A DNA stretch of 64,000 bases from Candidatus Heimdallarchaeota archaeon (GTDB taxonomy: Archaea; Asgardarchaeota; Heimdallarchaeia; Heimdallarchaeales; Heimdallarchaeaceae): positions 1 to 64,000 of the forward strand of contig JAAFKI010000059.1 of the NCBI GenBank assembly GCA_021399345.1, in the 5' to 3' direction. Below are positions 39,531 through 48,549 of the stretch, one piece after another. The notes beneath the pieces were generated by a model that worked only from the letters and a program-made list of their open reading frames with translations, made no database searches and was not told the DNA's origin. How positions within the stretch are numbered: position 1 is the stretch's first letter; each line of letters starts with the position of its first letter. Made by a program: the position numbers and the translations under genes.

Positions 39531-41393
39531 CTATGCCACAGTAAAGTATTTCCCTTCTGCTTTTTGTTTTTTGTCTAGCTGAGAACCCTTTTTGTTGACC
39601 CTAGGACGGAGATTATGAGGATCTTGTCTAAAAGTAATATCCATCCTTCTTAGAAAGTTATTCATTCCAGCTTGTACTCTTGCGATTCTCTTAGCTTTTC
39701 CTTCAATACCAGAAATTCCATCAAAAACCATTAAACGATCAGAAAAGAAATTCAACATCATAATATCATGTTCAACAACCAAACATCCCATCCCATAATG
39801 TGAAACTACTCTTTTAATTACTTTAGCTACATTTACTCTATCCTCAGAAGAAATGAAGGCCGAAGGTTCATCTATAAGATACAAATGAGCTTTTCTTCCT
39901 AGACATGCTGCAATTGAAACTTTTTGAAGTTCTCCACCTGAAAGATCACATAAACTGGAATCTAGAAGTTTAGAGAATTTTAAAGGCTCAATAATTTCTG
40001 ATTTGTGCCAACCGCTTGTTAACATTACTGGATTAATTTCACTTAAATAATCTACTACTGTTTGTTCTGATTCAGTATAGAGATATTGGGGTTTATGGCT
40101 TACTTTCAATTTTTCATTGATTCCACCATCTTGATTCTTCTCTTGAAGATCAATTGATTCTTTGTCTCTAGTTGCCATCTGAACTAACAATTCAGTAGGT
40201 TCAGATATTGTTGTAGGTTCAAGAATACCCGCTAGCATTTTTACAAAAGTTGTTTTTCCAATCCCATTGGGTCCAATGATTCCCACTACTTCTCCTTTGT
40301 AGAGTTCTCCACCTTTAACTGAAAGCTCAAAAGTATCAAATTTTTTGGTCATGTCACCATATCTTATTGCTAATCTCTGAGATGTGACCTTATCTTCGTG
40401 ACTGGCTTTTTTGAAGATAATTGGTTCAGATCTGAAGCGCATATTTTCTGAAGGAATATATCCATCTAGAAAAATATTGATACCCTCTCTCACAGAATAA
40501 GGATGACTTACAATACCGTAAACTCCAGCATCTCCATAGTACATATGTACCTGATCACTCAGATAGTCTAGCATAGCTAAATCGTGTTCAACTACAATAA
40601 GAGTGTGATTTGGTGATTTCATTTCATTGATATATTGGGCAATCTTGACTCTTTCGTGAACATCTAAATATGAGGTCGGTTCATCAAAGAGATACACATC
40701 TGCTTCTCTAACTACAGTGGCTGCAATTGCTAATTTTTGTAGTTCCCCCCCACTCAATTGTGAAATACTTCTGTCCCAAACCTTGGTTAGAGAGAAAATC
40801 TCTTTGACTTCATCTTTTAACCCACGTTCGTCAACTTTTGAAATTAAATCAGAAACATTTCCCTTAGTAACTCTAGGTAATTTGTCTACATTTTGCGGTT
40901 TTAGGATAATTGTTAACTCTTCATTTGCTATTTTTTCAAAATAGGATTGAGCTTCTGTTCCTCTGTAATTTTCTATAATTTCATCCCAGTTTGGTGGTTG
41001 ATCAAATTTTCCTAAATTTGGTTGTAATTTTCCTTGTAAAATATTGAGAGTTGTACTTTTACCAGAACCATTTTGTCCAACTAAACCAATAACCTTGCTT
41101 AGTTTTGGCATTGGTAATCTGTGAAGTTTGAATCCATTTATTCCATATCTATGTGTAACCTCTTTATCTAATTCTTCAGGAAGATTAACAACAGTAATAC
41201 AATGGAAAGGACATTTCTTAACACAAATTGCAACCCCTGAGCATAATGATTCATGAATAACAGCTTTATTGCTAGGAGGTTCAAAAGTAATAGTTTCTCT
41301 TCCCGCTCGAACAGAAGGACAAACTTTGTAACATAAATGCCCACATTTATCGGGTCTGCATTTCTCTTGATTAATCACAGCTACTCGAGTCAT
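39531..41393 (-). CDS. rli: Ribosome recycling ATPase ABCE1 (RLI)
   Basis: N-terminal Fe-S domain, RYGINGFKL, two Walker A, LSGGELQ x2, TFRQD..RPRVNK. Confidence 0.98.
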   Translation of the reverse strand: MTRVAVINQEKCRPDKCGHLCYKVCPSVRAGRETITFEPPSNKAVIHESLCSGVAICVKKCPFHCITVVNLPEELDKEVTHRYGINGFKLHRLPMPKLSKVIGLVGQNGSGKSTTLNILQGKLQPNLGKFDQPPNWDEIIENYRGTEAQSYFEKIANEELTIILKPQNVDKLPRVTKGNVSDLISKVDERGLKDEVKEIFSLTKVWDRSISQLSGGELQKLAIAATVVREADVYLFDEPTSYLDVHERVKIAQYINEMKSPNHTLIVVEHDLAMLDYLSDQVHMYYGDAGVYGIVSHPYSVREGINIFLDGYIPSENMRFRSEPIIFKKASHEDKVTSQRLAIRYGDMTKKFDTFELSVKGGELYKGEVVGIIGPNGIGKTTFVKMLAGILEPTTISEPTELLVQMATRDKESIDLQEKNQDGGINEKLKVSHKPQYLYTESEQTVVDYLSEINPVMLTSGWHKSEIIEPLKFSKLLDSSLCDLSGGELQKVSIAACLGRKAHLYLIDEPSAFISSEDRVNVAKVIKRVVSHYGMGCLVVEHDIMMLNFFSDRLMVFDGISGIEGKAKRIARVQAGMNNFLRRMDITFRQDPHNLRPRVNKKGSQLDKKQKAEGKYFTVA

Positions 41394-41496
41394 TAAAAAT
41401 AAACAAATGGGCCAATTTAAAAATTTAGAGATGAGATAGAATATTGAAGATTTGAAAGCGAATCTATGATTTTTTTGTCATTTTTAGTCATGTTGT

Positions 41497-41591
41497 GGGT
41501 TCAGTTATAGAGCTCATCATACCAACTATCAGATGACTCGCTTACAGTTGAATATTTACTCTATTGGATAAATCACGTATCCTCCTACCCC
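41497..41591 (-). ncRNA. Box C/D guide sRNA (predicted 23S C1920 in helix 69, and the ~2069 region)
   Basis: Minus strand ...TAAGCGAGTCAT-CTGA-tagttggt-ATGATGA-GCTCTATAA-CTGA-ACCC; perfect D', C' and D boxes; 5' end and C box uncertain. Confidence 0.7.
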
Positions 41592-41685
41592 GTTCACATT
41601 TCGTTTGGGAAATGCTTTCGGATTGCTTTAAATGACTGCTATTTCTTCTTCTATCTCATCAATTATTTGAATAACAAGGTAATTC

Positions 41686-41739
41686 TTTCATGCCTGACCT
41701 AAATCACTCTCTGATGAGGTCACCAAGGTTCATGGTAAG
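41686..41739 (-). ncRNA. Candidate degenerate C/D-like or hairpin sRNA
   Basis: ATGAACC-TTGGTGACCTCAT-CAGA-GA-GTGATTT-AGGTCAGGC-ATGA; TGACCT/AGGTCA stem; TTATAAAA box just upstream. Confidence 0.35.
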
Positions 41740-41915
41740 CCGTGTTGATTCACTTTTATAATTAAAACATAATATTTAAACACAAAACATGCTGAATAGG
41801 TGCTAGGTGTTTTCTACTTCAACAAATGAGTTTACGAAGGTTTTTAAGGTACAATTTGTTCTAATTATTTGAAATTAATCTATAGAAATAGATTATCGAA
41901 AGAAAGGTGTAAAAT

Positions 41916-42572
41916 ATGCCTATTCCAGATAGTGTCCTAGCAAAAGAATATAGTCTTGTAATGGAGAGAGCTTATGCTTTCGAGCCAAAAGATGGTGATC
42001 TAACAACTTGGAAAGGTTTTGTTCCAGTAATCACAAATGAAGGAGAAATATTCGTAGATGTTGAAATAAAATTACCAGAAAATTATCCCGAATCTCCGCC
42101 AGTAGTTCAAATTCTTAGTCCAATCACTCATCCAAATATGACCACAGAAGGCATTCTCGAGATGAGAATGTTAGCACGTTGGAGAGACAGTTATCGCTTA
42201 TTCCAAGTGATAGTGGAACTACTAAGACTCTTCTCAAAAGTTCCTGCAAGATGTATTGAAGAAAAACCTCAAACTGTAGATTCTCAAGAACAACTTAATC
42301 CGATAATTACTCAGAAAGAGCAACTAGTTGTAATTCTCGAAGATAAGAAAAGAATCTTGAATGAAATTAAAAACAAGAAATCTCAACAGCTTACTAACAG
42401 AGCTTTGGAACAAGAAAAACAAAAACACCTTGATGACGAGATTTTGAATGTTGAAAGTGAACTTTTCGCGATTGAACAACAATTTGAGGATTACGATATT
42501 TCAAGTTTAGAATTTGCTAAAAGGTTCTATAATTTGAAGAAAAGACTATATCTCTTAGAGACTAAAGTGTAA
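41916..42572 (+). CDS. UEV-domain ESCRT-I (Vps23/TSG101-like) protein
   Basis: UBC fold LPENYPESPP...HPNM..G.LEM.ML..W with no catalytic Cys; coiled coil; C-terminal helical hairpin ISSLEFAKRFYNLKKRLY. Confidence 0.8.
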   Translation: MPIPDSVLAKEYSLVMERAYAFEPKDGDLTTWKGFVPVITNEGEIFVDVEIKLPENYPESPPVVQILSPITHPNMTTEGILEMRMLARWRDSYRLFQVIVELLRLFSKVPARCIEEKPQTVDSQEQLNPIITQKEQLVVILEDKKRILNEIKNKKSQQLTNRALEQEKQKHLDDEILNVESELFAIEQQFEDYDISSLEFAKRFYNLKKRLYLLETKV

Positions 42573-42575
42573 GAT

Positions 42576-42905
42576 TCATTCGTTTTCTTCTTTTTCCTTA
42601 TTTTCTTTTCTATCATTTTTCATGAGTCTTTTTGTTAAATAATACCATACACCTAGCCATAGCCCAATTAGGAGCAGACTAATCCCTACTTTCAATGCTG
42701 CAAACAAGAAATTTAATCCTGGTTTTGGGGAATCAGGTATTTTCATAATCCCTTCACTAATCACCACACAAATGGCAATAAAAGTTCCAAAAACAAAGAT
42801 TTCTAAACCTATTAACTTCGCAAGTCTTGGTGTAAGTCTAAAATAGCTTATTATTCCTGAACCAATATTTTTTACAAAATTCGATGTTGATTGAATAAAA
42901 TTCAT
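42576..42905 (-). CDS. Small membrane protein (2 TM)
   Basis: Two hydrophobic segments; overlaps stop of upstream gene. Confidence 0.7.
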   Translation of the reverse strand: MNFIQSTSNFVKNIGSGIISYFRLTPRLAKLIGLEIFVFGTFIAICVVISEGIMKIPDSPKPGLNFLFAALKVGISLLLIGLWLGVWYYLTKRLMKNDRKENKEKEENE

Positions 42906-43963
42906 GATACTACCCCCGATAGATTAGTTAAAACAGCAATCACTATTGCAAGAATAGCACTGACTATTGTTAAAACATTGAATGTTTTCACAACATCCTT
43001 TTCATGAAGCGGTTCCTTTTGTATAACTAAACCTACTAGTGTGATTGGTGCTTTTCTATCTCTTGTTGATTCTATTTTCCAATCTTTAGTCATTTTTGTG
43101 GGGCGCGCCATTTCTCTTCTTTCTAATAACCCTTTAACACTGCCAATAATTCCGAAAGCATTCATGATGAAAGGTATCATAGCAATGATCACAACTACCT
43201 CTAACCTTCCCATCACTGCAATAGCTCCTAGTGCTCCACCTATTGCAAGGCTGCCAGTATCTCCTCCAAAAACCTTAGCTGGATATTTATTAAAAATCCA
43301 AAAAGCCAATATTGTACCAACCAAAATTAGAATGAAAATATAAGTTAGCCCTGAATCTGATAGTCCTGCATCATTAAGAGGATCTAATCCGTTACCAAAT
43401 ATAATCAAATTGGAAAACAATATTGCGATCAGTACAATAATTGTAGTAGTTGCCATTGAACCATTAAATACATCTAGCATATTGACAGAATTTGCAGGTA
43501 CTGCAATAATGAATGGTAAAAGTATAATATAAGCAATAGTTAATCTTGTTTTTCCAATGAATGGTAAAATTGGTTCAGGCTTATACCTTTTAGATGCAAT
43601 TATAGGAATTGAAGCAAATAAAAGTAGAAACGGCTTAAGTAATGCGCTTAAGTTGAAAATATCATCAGCTAATCCTATTAAACCAGCTATTGTAACTGTT
43701 ATGCAAAATATCCCAATTGATAATCTTAATTCTGGGTCATTAATTAAAATGATCATTAACACCGAAGATAGCACAATGGCTATTAATATCACAATTCCTC
43801 CCCTTTCTGCAACCTTTGGTTTCTCTTTTTTATGAACATCTACACCACTGATTCCTCTTTTGTGCATCAGTCGTATATGAAACGGTAATCCTACCAATGT
43901 AATAATAAAAGGGGTAAAAAATGATAAAATATAAATGACGATTGGAGCTATGGTAGGAGCCAT
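42902..43963 (-). CDS. MraY/GPT family UDP-GlcNAc:polyprenyl-phosphate GlcNAc-1-P transferase (AglH/DPAGT1-like)
   Basis: GVDVHK...AERGG, GLADD, NSVNMLD, NKYPAKVFGGDTG. Confidence 0.92.
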   Translation of the reverse strand: MAPTIAPIVIYILSFFTPFIITLVGLPFHIRLMHKRGISGVDVHKKEKPKVAERGGIVILIAIVLSSVLMIILINDPELRLSIGIFCITVTIAGLIGLADDIFNLSALLKPFLLLFASIPIIASKRYKPEPILPFIGKTRLTIAYIILLPFIIAVPANSVNMLDVFNGSMATTTIIVLIAILFSNLIIFGNGLDPLNDAGLSDSGLTYIFILILVGTILAFWIFNKYPAKVFGGDTGSLAIGGALGAIAVMGRLEVVVIIAMIPFIMNAFGIIGSVKGLLERREMARPTKMTKDWKIESTRDRKAPITLVGLVIQKEPLHEKDVVKTFNVLTIVSAILAIVIAVLTNLSGVVS

Positions 43964-44010
43964 TAAGCAAAAATCTACAATCGCTATATGAAATTTGCTG
44001 TTGATTAGAT

Positions 44011-44883
44011 TTACAAATCTTCCAATTTCTTCAAAGCTTTTAGAAGTTCAGCTTTGTCTCCACTTACAGCCTCTCCAAATAGTTCTGCTGATTTTTTCTC
44101 TTCTGGAGCTACAGCTTCTATTTCATCTGCTTTTGGTACTGGAGGTTGTACAGCTTGTGGCTGCAGTGTAGATGAATCATCTTGTGATGGAGGCGGCATT
44201 GGTATGCTACCTGATACTTCTTTAGAAATTGGACTCACATCTCTTTCAGCTGGTTCAGTGACTTGAGTCGCAGGTTTAGGAAATGCTGCGGGTGTTGGAA
44301 TATCAGGTTTTGCAGGAATGGTTGCAGGTTCTGGCATTTCGATTGGTTGAGGTATTTCAGGTTCTGGAGTACTACGAATTGGAGATGGAGGTGCAGGTGT
44401 GGGTATTGATGGAGCTTCAACTGTTGGAGGTACAGGTTGTTTTTCAACATCAGGTTCTGGTGCTGAGGTTATAACCTCTGGTGTAGGTGGTGGAATTGTA
44501 GGTGCTGTAGGCATTTCAATGACAGATTCAGGTTTTGTTTCTTTTTCAGCAATGTCTTTTAGAGCTTGAACGTCCGCTGGCTCAACCACTGTCTCTTGTT
44601 GCACACTTCTAGCTGCTTCAATCAAAAGAATTCTTTCATTGAGACCATCTAATCTTTTTTCTAGTCGAGAAACTTGATCTGGAGAACTAGGTGCTCCTGC
44701 TGGAACTCCTGATTGCTCAAGTACAGATATTTTATTCTCTAAATTCTCTATTTTTTCTTTTAGAGATACAACAACATTATCGTAATCTTTGAATCTTTCT
44801 TGGACGGCTGAAACTATACTTTCAACCATATTTTTTACCATATTGACAGAATTCACCAATGATTTTACTTCATCTTTTGCCAT
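44011..44883 (-). CDS. Coiled-coil plus proline-rich disordered protein with C-terminal amphipathic helix
   Basis: Two coiled-coil segments, ~150 aa P/E/T-rich linker, terminal DKAELLKALKKLEDL; likely start ATG 44883. Confidence 0.75.
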   Translation of the reverse strand: MAKDEVKSLVNSVNMVKNMVESIVSAVQERFKDYDNVVVSLKEKIENLENKISVLEQSGVPAGAPSSPDQVSRLEKRLDGLNERILLIEAARSVQQETVVEPADVQALKDIAEKETKPESVIEMPTAPTIPPPTPEVITSAPEPDVEKQPVPPTVEAPSIPTPAPPSPIRSTPEPEIPQPIEMPEPATIPAKPDIPTPAAFPKPATQVTEPAERDVSPISKEVSGSIPMPPPSQDDSSTLQPQAVQPPVPKADEIEAVAPEEKKSAELFGEAVSGDKAELLKALKKLEDL

Positions 44884-45012
44884 CTTAAATCTACAAGTTA
44901 CTTTTGTTTTTATACATATAAAACCATTGCTAAAGGTAGGAAGTTCCAACTAAGGTCGTTTTAACGTTAATTGATATTTGAAGGCTAAAAACGGTCTACA
45001 CAAATTTAATAG

Positions 45013-47004
45013 TTAAAAACTTATAACCTCCAATTTTCTCATCAATTCTATAAAACTTCCAACAATTTTTATATCAATAATTTTCCACTCAACTAAGCTC
45101 AGATATAATACAATTTCTAAAACATTTCTTTCATCATTAATGAGATTAATTGTGTCAAACATTAGTCCTCCATAATTTGCCATCATGCTTTGCGATAGTT
45201 TTTTGATATCCATAATCTGATTTTCAGAGAGTTTTATTTCATCTTTTAACGAATCTAGATTACTCATAGATTTGTAAATTATACTAGCATTAAATGGTCC
45301 TTTCCACAATCGTTTTGGTATCTTATCTAGTAGTTGTTGAGTTGTTTTGCTTATTATTCCGCTAGCTAATTCTCTCGTTAAGGTATGAACTGAACTTTCA
45401 AAATGATTTAAACCATTTCTTTGTAAATCACTTATTTCTGTATTCAAACTCCCAAATAGATCTTCAATCGATTGCAAGATCCTTCTTTCGTACTTCAAAT
45501 ACGGCTGATGAACATACCGAATCAGATATTCTCTTTCTTCTTTTTCTTCCTTATCTAGATTGTTCACTAGTTTCATTTCCTTTAATATCATATTGAGGAA
45601 TGAACCCTTCCTTTTTTCTAATCCTTTAAGAAAACTACCTTGAATTTCTTCTGAAAATTTGTTCTTATAGCAACAAGAAATAATTGTACTTGCTGCAACT
45701 GCTCCTACTCTCTTCAATGTTGTTGGATCTACTTTTTCAATTGTGTCAAGATTTGTGTGATGAAAAGTATCGGAATGACCAAACATAACTGAGGGAATTC
45801 TTAGAGGTGCATCATTAAACAACAAATGGTCTGAACCACCTGCAAAGGGTTTAATTCTATAATTCCAAGGAAACTGCCATCCTCCTTGTTCTATAATTAG
45901 AGGATTGTCTTTGACATTTTCTATACACTCTGATATTAAATCATTAAGAAAAGATGGTGTTGAAATGCTTGTTTTATTTACAGTAAAAGGAAAACCTACG
46001 AGAGAAGGATGTTCTCCAACCATATCTAGATTTATACAGAAAATTGGTTTGAAATTTTCTCTTTTTTCTTGTTCTACAATCCAAGGAATGGTTCCACTAA
46101 ATTCTGGTACCCATAAGAATCTGATTGTACGTTCAGGACGATCAATCTCTTTCTTTTCAATTAATGCTTTAATTGTTCTATATATCTCAAACAGTAATGC
46201 ACTTCCTGAAGCATTATCATTTGCTGAAGGCGCTGGATGACAGATGTGTGCAATGGTTATAATTTCTTCTTCTGGATACTTACTTCCCTCAATTTTAGTG
46301 GATAATACGTGCATTTTTCCCTCATATAGTTCAGCTTTGATTTTCCCCCTTATCATAACTTTCTTTCCCTTATTCAAGAAATCAATAAGTTCCAAGGCTT
46401 GTTTTCTGGAAAGAGAAAACCCAAATGTTGACTTCTCAACATTCTCTGCATTAGGCCATAGACCTACATATTGTATCATTTCTTGATGTCCCTGAGCTCT
46501 TTGTTCAGAAGGGTATGCAATGACACCAATAGATCCATGTTTGGCTAGTCTTTCAATCATTGTTCTTGGGCTTGCAGATGTTAAAACAACTTTCCCCTTT
46601 ACGTCTATGTTTTCAAAATCTTCTTCTTTACCTGCTCCAACATGAACTACCTCAGAAGTTAGATTTACTGATTTTGAATGAGTACAAATACTCTCAGGAA
46701 CTTCTGAAAAACGACAAAGTACCTTTTTGATGGGTTCAACAAGATATAATGACCCATCCTCAATATCCCAAGAAATTGGTGTTTCCCATTCAGAATATCG
46801 CTTTGTACCGTCAGCTATGTATTCGTGTATATACGAATTTTCATCTCCAAGCTTTAATAGTTCCTTCTGTAGAAATTCAGCAGCTGTATGAAATTCCTTA
46901 CTAGCTTGAATTCGATGATACAAGCTCAAGAAACTAGTCATCCGTTTTGTTTTTTCTCCCGACAATTCATGAGCGACCTTGTTAATAAGTTCCTGTAGAT
47001 CCAT
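45013..47004 (-). CDS. M28-family aminopeptidase-like protein with PA domain (DUF4910-like)
   Basis: AHICHP..SANDNASG, RFLWVPE, NLDMVG, GSDH, HHTNLD. Confidence 0.88.
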   Translation of the reverse strand: MDLQELINKVAHELSGEKTKRMTSFLSLYHRIQASKEFHTAAEFLQKELLKLGDENSYIHEYIADGTKRYSEWETPISWDIEDGSLYLVEPIKKVLCRFSEVPESICTHSKSVNLTSEVVHVGAGKEEDFENIDVKGKVVLTSASPRTMIERLAKHGSIGVIAYPSEQRAQGHQEMIQYVGLWPNAENVEKSTFGFSLSRKQALELIDFLNKGKKVMIRGKIKAELYEGKMHVLSTKIEGSKYPEEEIITIAHICHPAPSANDNASGSALLFEIYRTIKALIEKKEIDRPERTIRFLWVPEFSGTIPWIVEQEKRENFKPIFCINLDMVGEHPSLVGFPFTVNKTSISTPSFLNDLISECIENVKDNPLIIEQGGWQFPWNYRIKPFAGGSDHLLFNDAPLRIPSVMFGHSDTFHHTNLDTIEKVDPTTLKRVGAVAASTIISCCYKNKFSEEIQGSFLKGLEKRKGSFLNMILKEMKLVNNLDKEEKEEREYLIRYVHQPYLKYERRILQSIEDLFGSLNTEISDLQRNGLNHFESSVHTLTRELASGIISKTTQQLLDKIPKRLWKGPFNASIIYKSMSNLDSLKDEIKLSENQIMDIKKLSQSMMANYGGLMFDTINLINDERNVLEIVLYLSLVEWKIIDIKIVGSFIELMRKLEVISF

Positions 47005-47059
47005 AAAGAAAAAAAGAAAATCCTAATTATATCTCTTTTGCACTCAGCTTAACAAATTC

Positions 47060-47908
47060 CTAAACTTGACATTTTTCGCAATAGAAGGTACTTCTTTTAT
47101 CCTGTACGATTCTTATGATTTCATTGCCACAGCTTTCACAATCAATCCCTGCTTTTGCATACACCTTATGCCATTTCTGAGCAGAACCTTCTTCTCCAGT
47201 AAATGTTCTAAATGATTGTATTGAACTTCCCATGGAATCAACAGCTTTGTGAAGAATAATTGAAATCGAGAATCCCAACCTTTCTATTTCTTCAGGTTTG
47301 AGTTTTTTTACTAATCTTAAAGGGTTTATTTTTGCTAATGCTAAAGCTTCTGATTTGTAGATATTCCCTATTCCTGCGATTAAAGTTTGATCAAGAAGAA
47401 TTCTTCCAATTTCTTTGTTTGCATTTTTTTTCAGTTTAAGCTTCTCAGCAAATGCTTCTTGGGGGAAAGGAACTTTCAGTCCATTAGAGCCTAAATTTCT
47501 AATAGGTAAATAGTTTATTACATCTTGATAGGTATCATAAATTCTGAACTGTCCAAAATTTCTTGCGTCTTCAAAAATAGCTATCTTATTTTCGTTTTTA
47601 AATAGAATTTTTATCTTGGGGTGAATAATCTGAGTTGGAACATCTGCCCCTTCAGAGATAATCCAATGTCCAGACATGCCTAAATGATTTAGAATGACTT
47701 TTGAGAAATCAAAATTCCAAATAAGAAATTTCCCTTTTCTTTCAATTTTTGTTATTGTTTTTCCAATAAATACGTCGAATATCTTTTGCTTTCCCTCATA
47801 TTTTTTGTATTTTTGTGAAAGTTTAGTTAATTCTATTTTCACTATTTTCTTGCCTTCAAACCTTCTTAAAGAAAGTCTTGTGCATTCAACTTCTGGACCT
47901 TCTGGCAT
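47060..47908 (-). CDS. mutM: Fpg/Nei family DNA glycosylase
   Basis: MPEGPEV, RKGK, HLGMSG, DARNFG, GIGNIYKSE, zinc finger CESC..RSTFYCEKCQ. Confidence 0.93.
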   Translation of the reverse strand: MPEGPEVECTRLSLRRFEGKKIVKIELTKLSQKYKKYEGKQKIFDVFIGKTITKIERKGKFLIWNFDFSKVILNHLGMSGHWIISEGADVPTQIIHPKIKILFKNENKIAIFEDARNFGQFRIYDTYQDVINYLPIRNLGSNGLKVPFPQEAFAEKLKLKKNANKEIGRILLDQTLIAGIGNIYKSEALALAKINPLRLVKKLKPEEIERLGFSISIILHKAVDSMGSSIQSFRTFTGEEGSAQKWHKVYAKAGIDCESCGNEIIRIVQDKRSTFYCEKCQV

Positions 47909-48421
47909 TTAAATCATCAACTTAATAATGTCTTTTGCAGCTTGAGATCTATTTTTTTCTGTGAGCTGATAAACAATTGTATCTAATCTATTTTTAGTTT
48001 TACTAGTGAAATCATTATCTCTCTTCATAATTGTACCTAAAACACATTTTTGTTCTAAACACTTCTCAACAAATTGTTTGAATTTAGTGGAAAAAAGTTC
48101 CATTTTTCCGATTTCATCCAATATAATCCATTCATAGCTAAACTTTTCCATATCCTGTTTGATTTGATCGACAATTGCGTCAACATTTTCCAGATAAACA
48201 CCATAGCTGGCTACACGATACAAACTTTGTCGATTTTCCTTTGAGGCTAATGGTAGCTTAAGACCTGAAAATGATTCAATATTAAACCCCACTCTTCTAT
48301 TGTTTAACTTAATCTCACTAGTAACAAATCCTACAACTTCTATTTTTGTTGTTTCTACAATTCTATTAATTAAGGTGGTTTTTCCTACTCTTGGATATCC
48401 CGTTATCAAGATATTTGGCAT
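47909..48421 (-). CDS. Nucleoside-triphosphatase THEP1 (NTPase_1)
   Basis: ITGYPRVGKTT, RRVGF, ILDEIGKME. Confidence 0.93.
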   Translation of the reverse strand: MPNILITGYPRVGKTTLINRIVETTKIEVVGFVTSEIKLNNRRVGFNIESFSGLKLPLASKENRQSLYRVASYGVYLENVDAIVDQIKQDMEKFSYEWIILDEIGKMELFSTKFKQFVEKCLEQKCVLGTIMKRDNDFTSKTKNRLDTIVYQLTEKNRSQAAKDIIKLMI

Positions 48422-48549
48422 GATTGTCCTCCGTGTAATCTTAATTTTTCTCTTTCTTATTAAGTTCTCAATCTTGAAAAATCTTATAAATCTGGCTTTC
48501 AATGTTCTAAAAATCAGCGAAGTTAATATGTTACACGAGAGTGGTAAAA

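Noticed and set aside
41628-41730. Short ORF with UGA read-through (…GQA*KNYLVIQIIDEIEEEIAVI)
   Set aside because: No convincing start, homology or redox motif; overlaps an sRNA candidate
41711-41750. Hammerhead ribozyme from CTGATGAG
   Set aside because: No GAAA after a stem II and no consistent stems I and III
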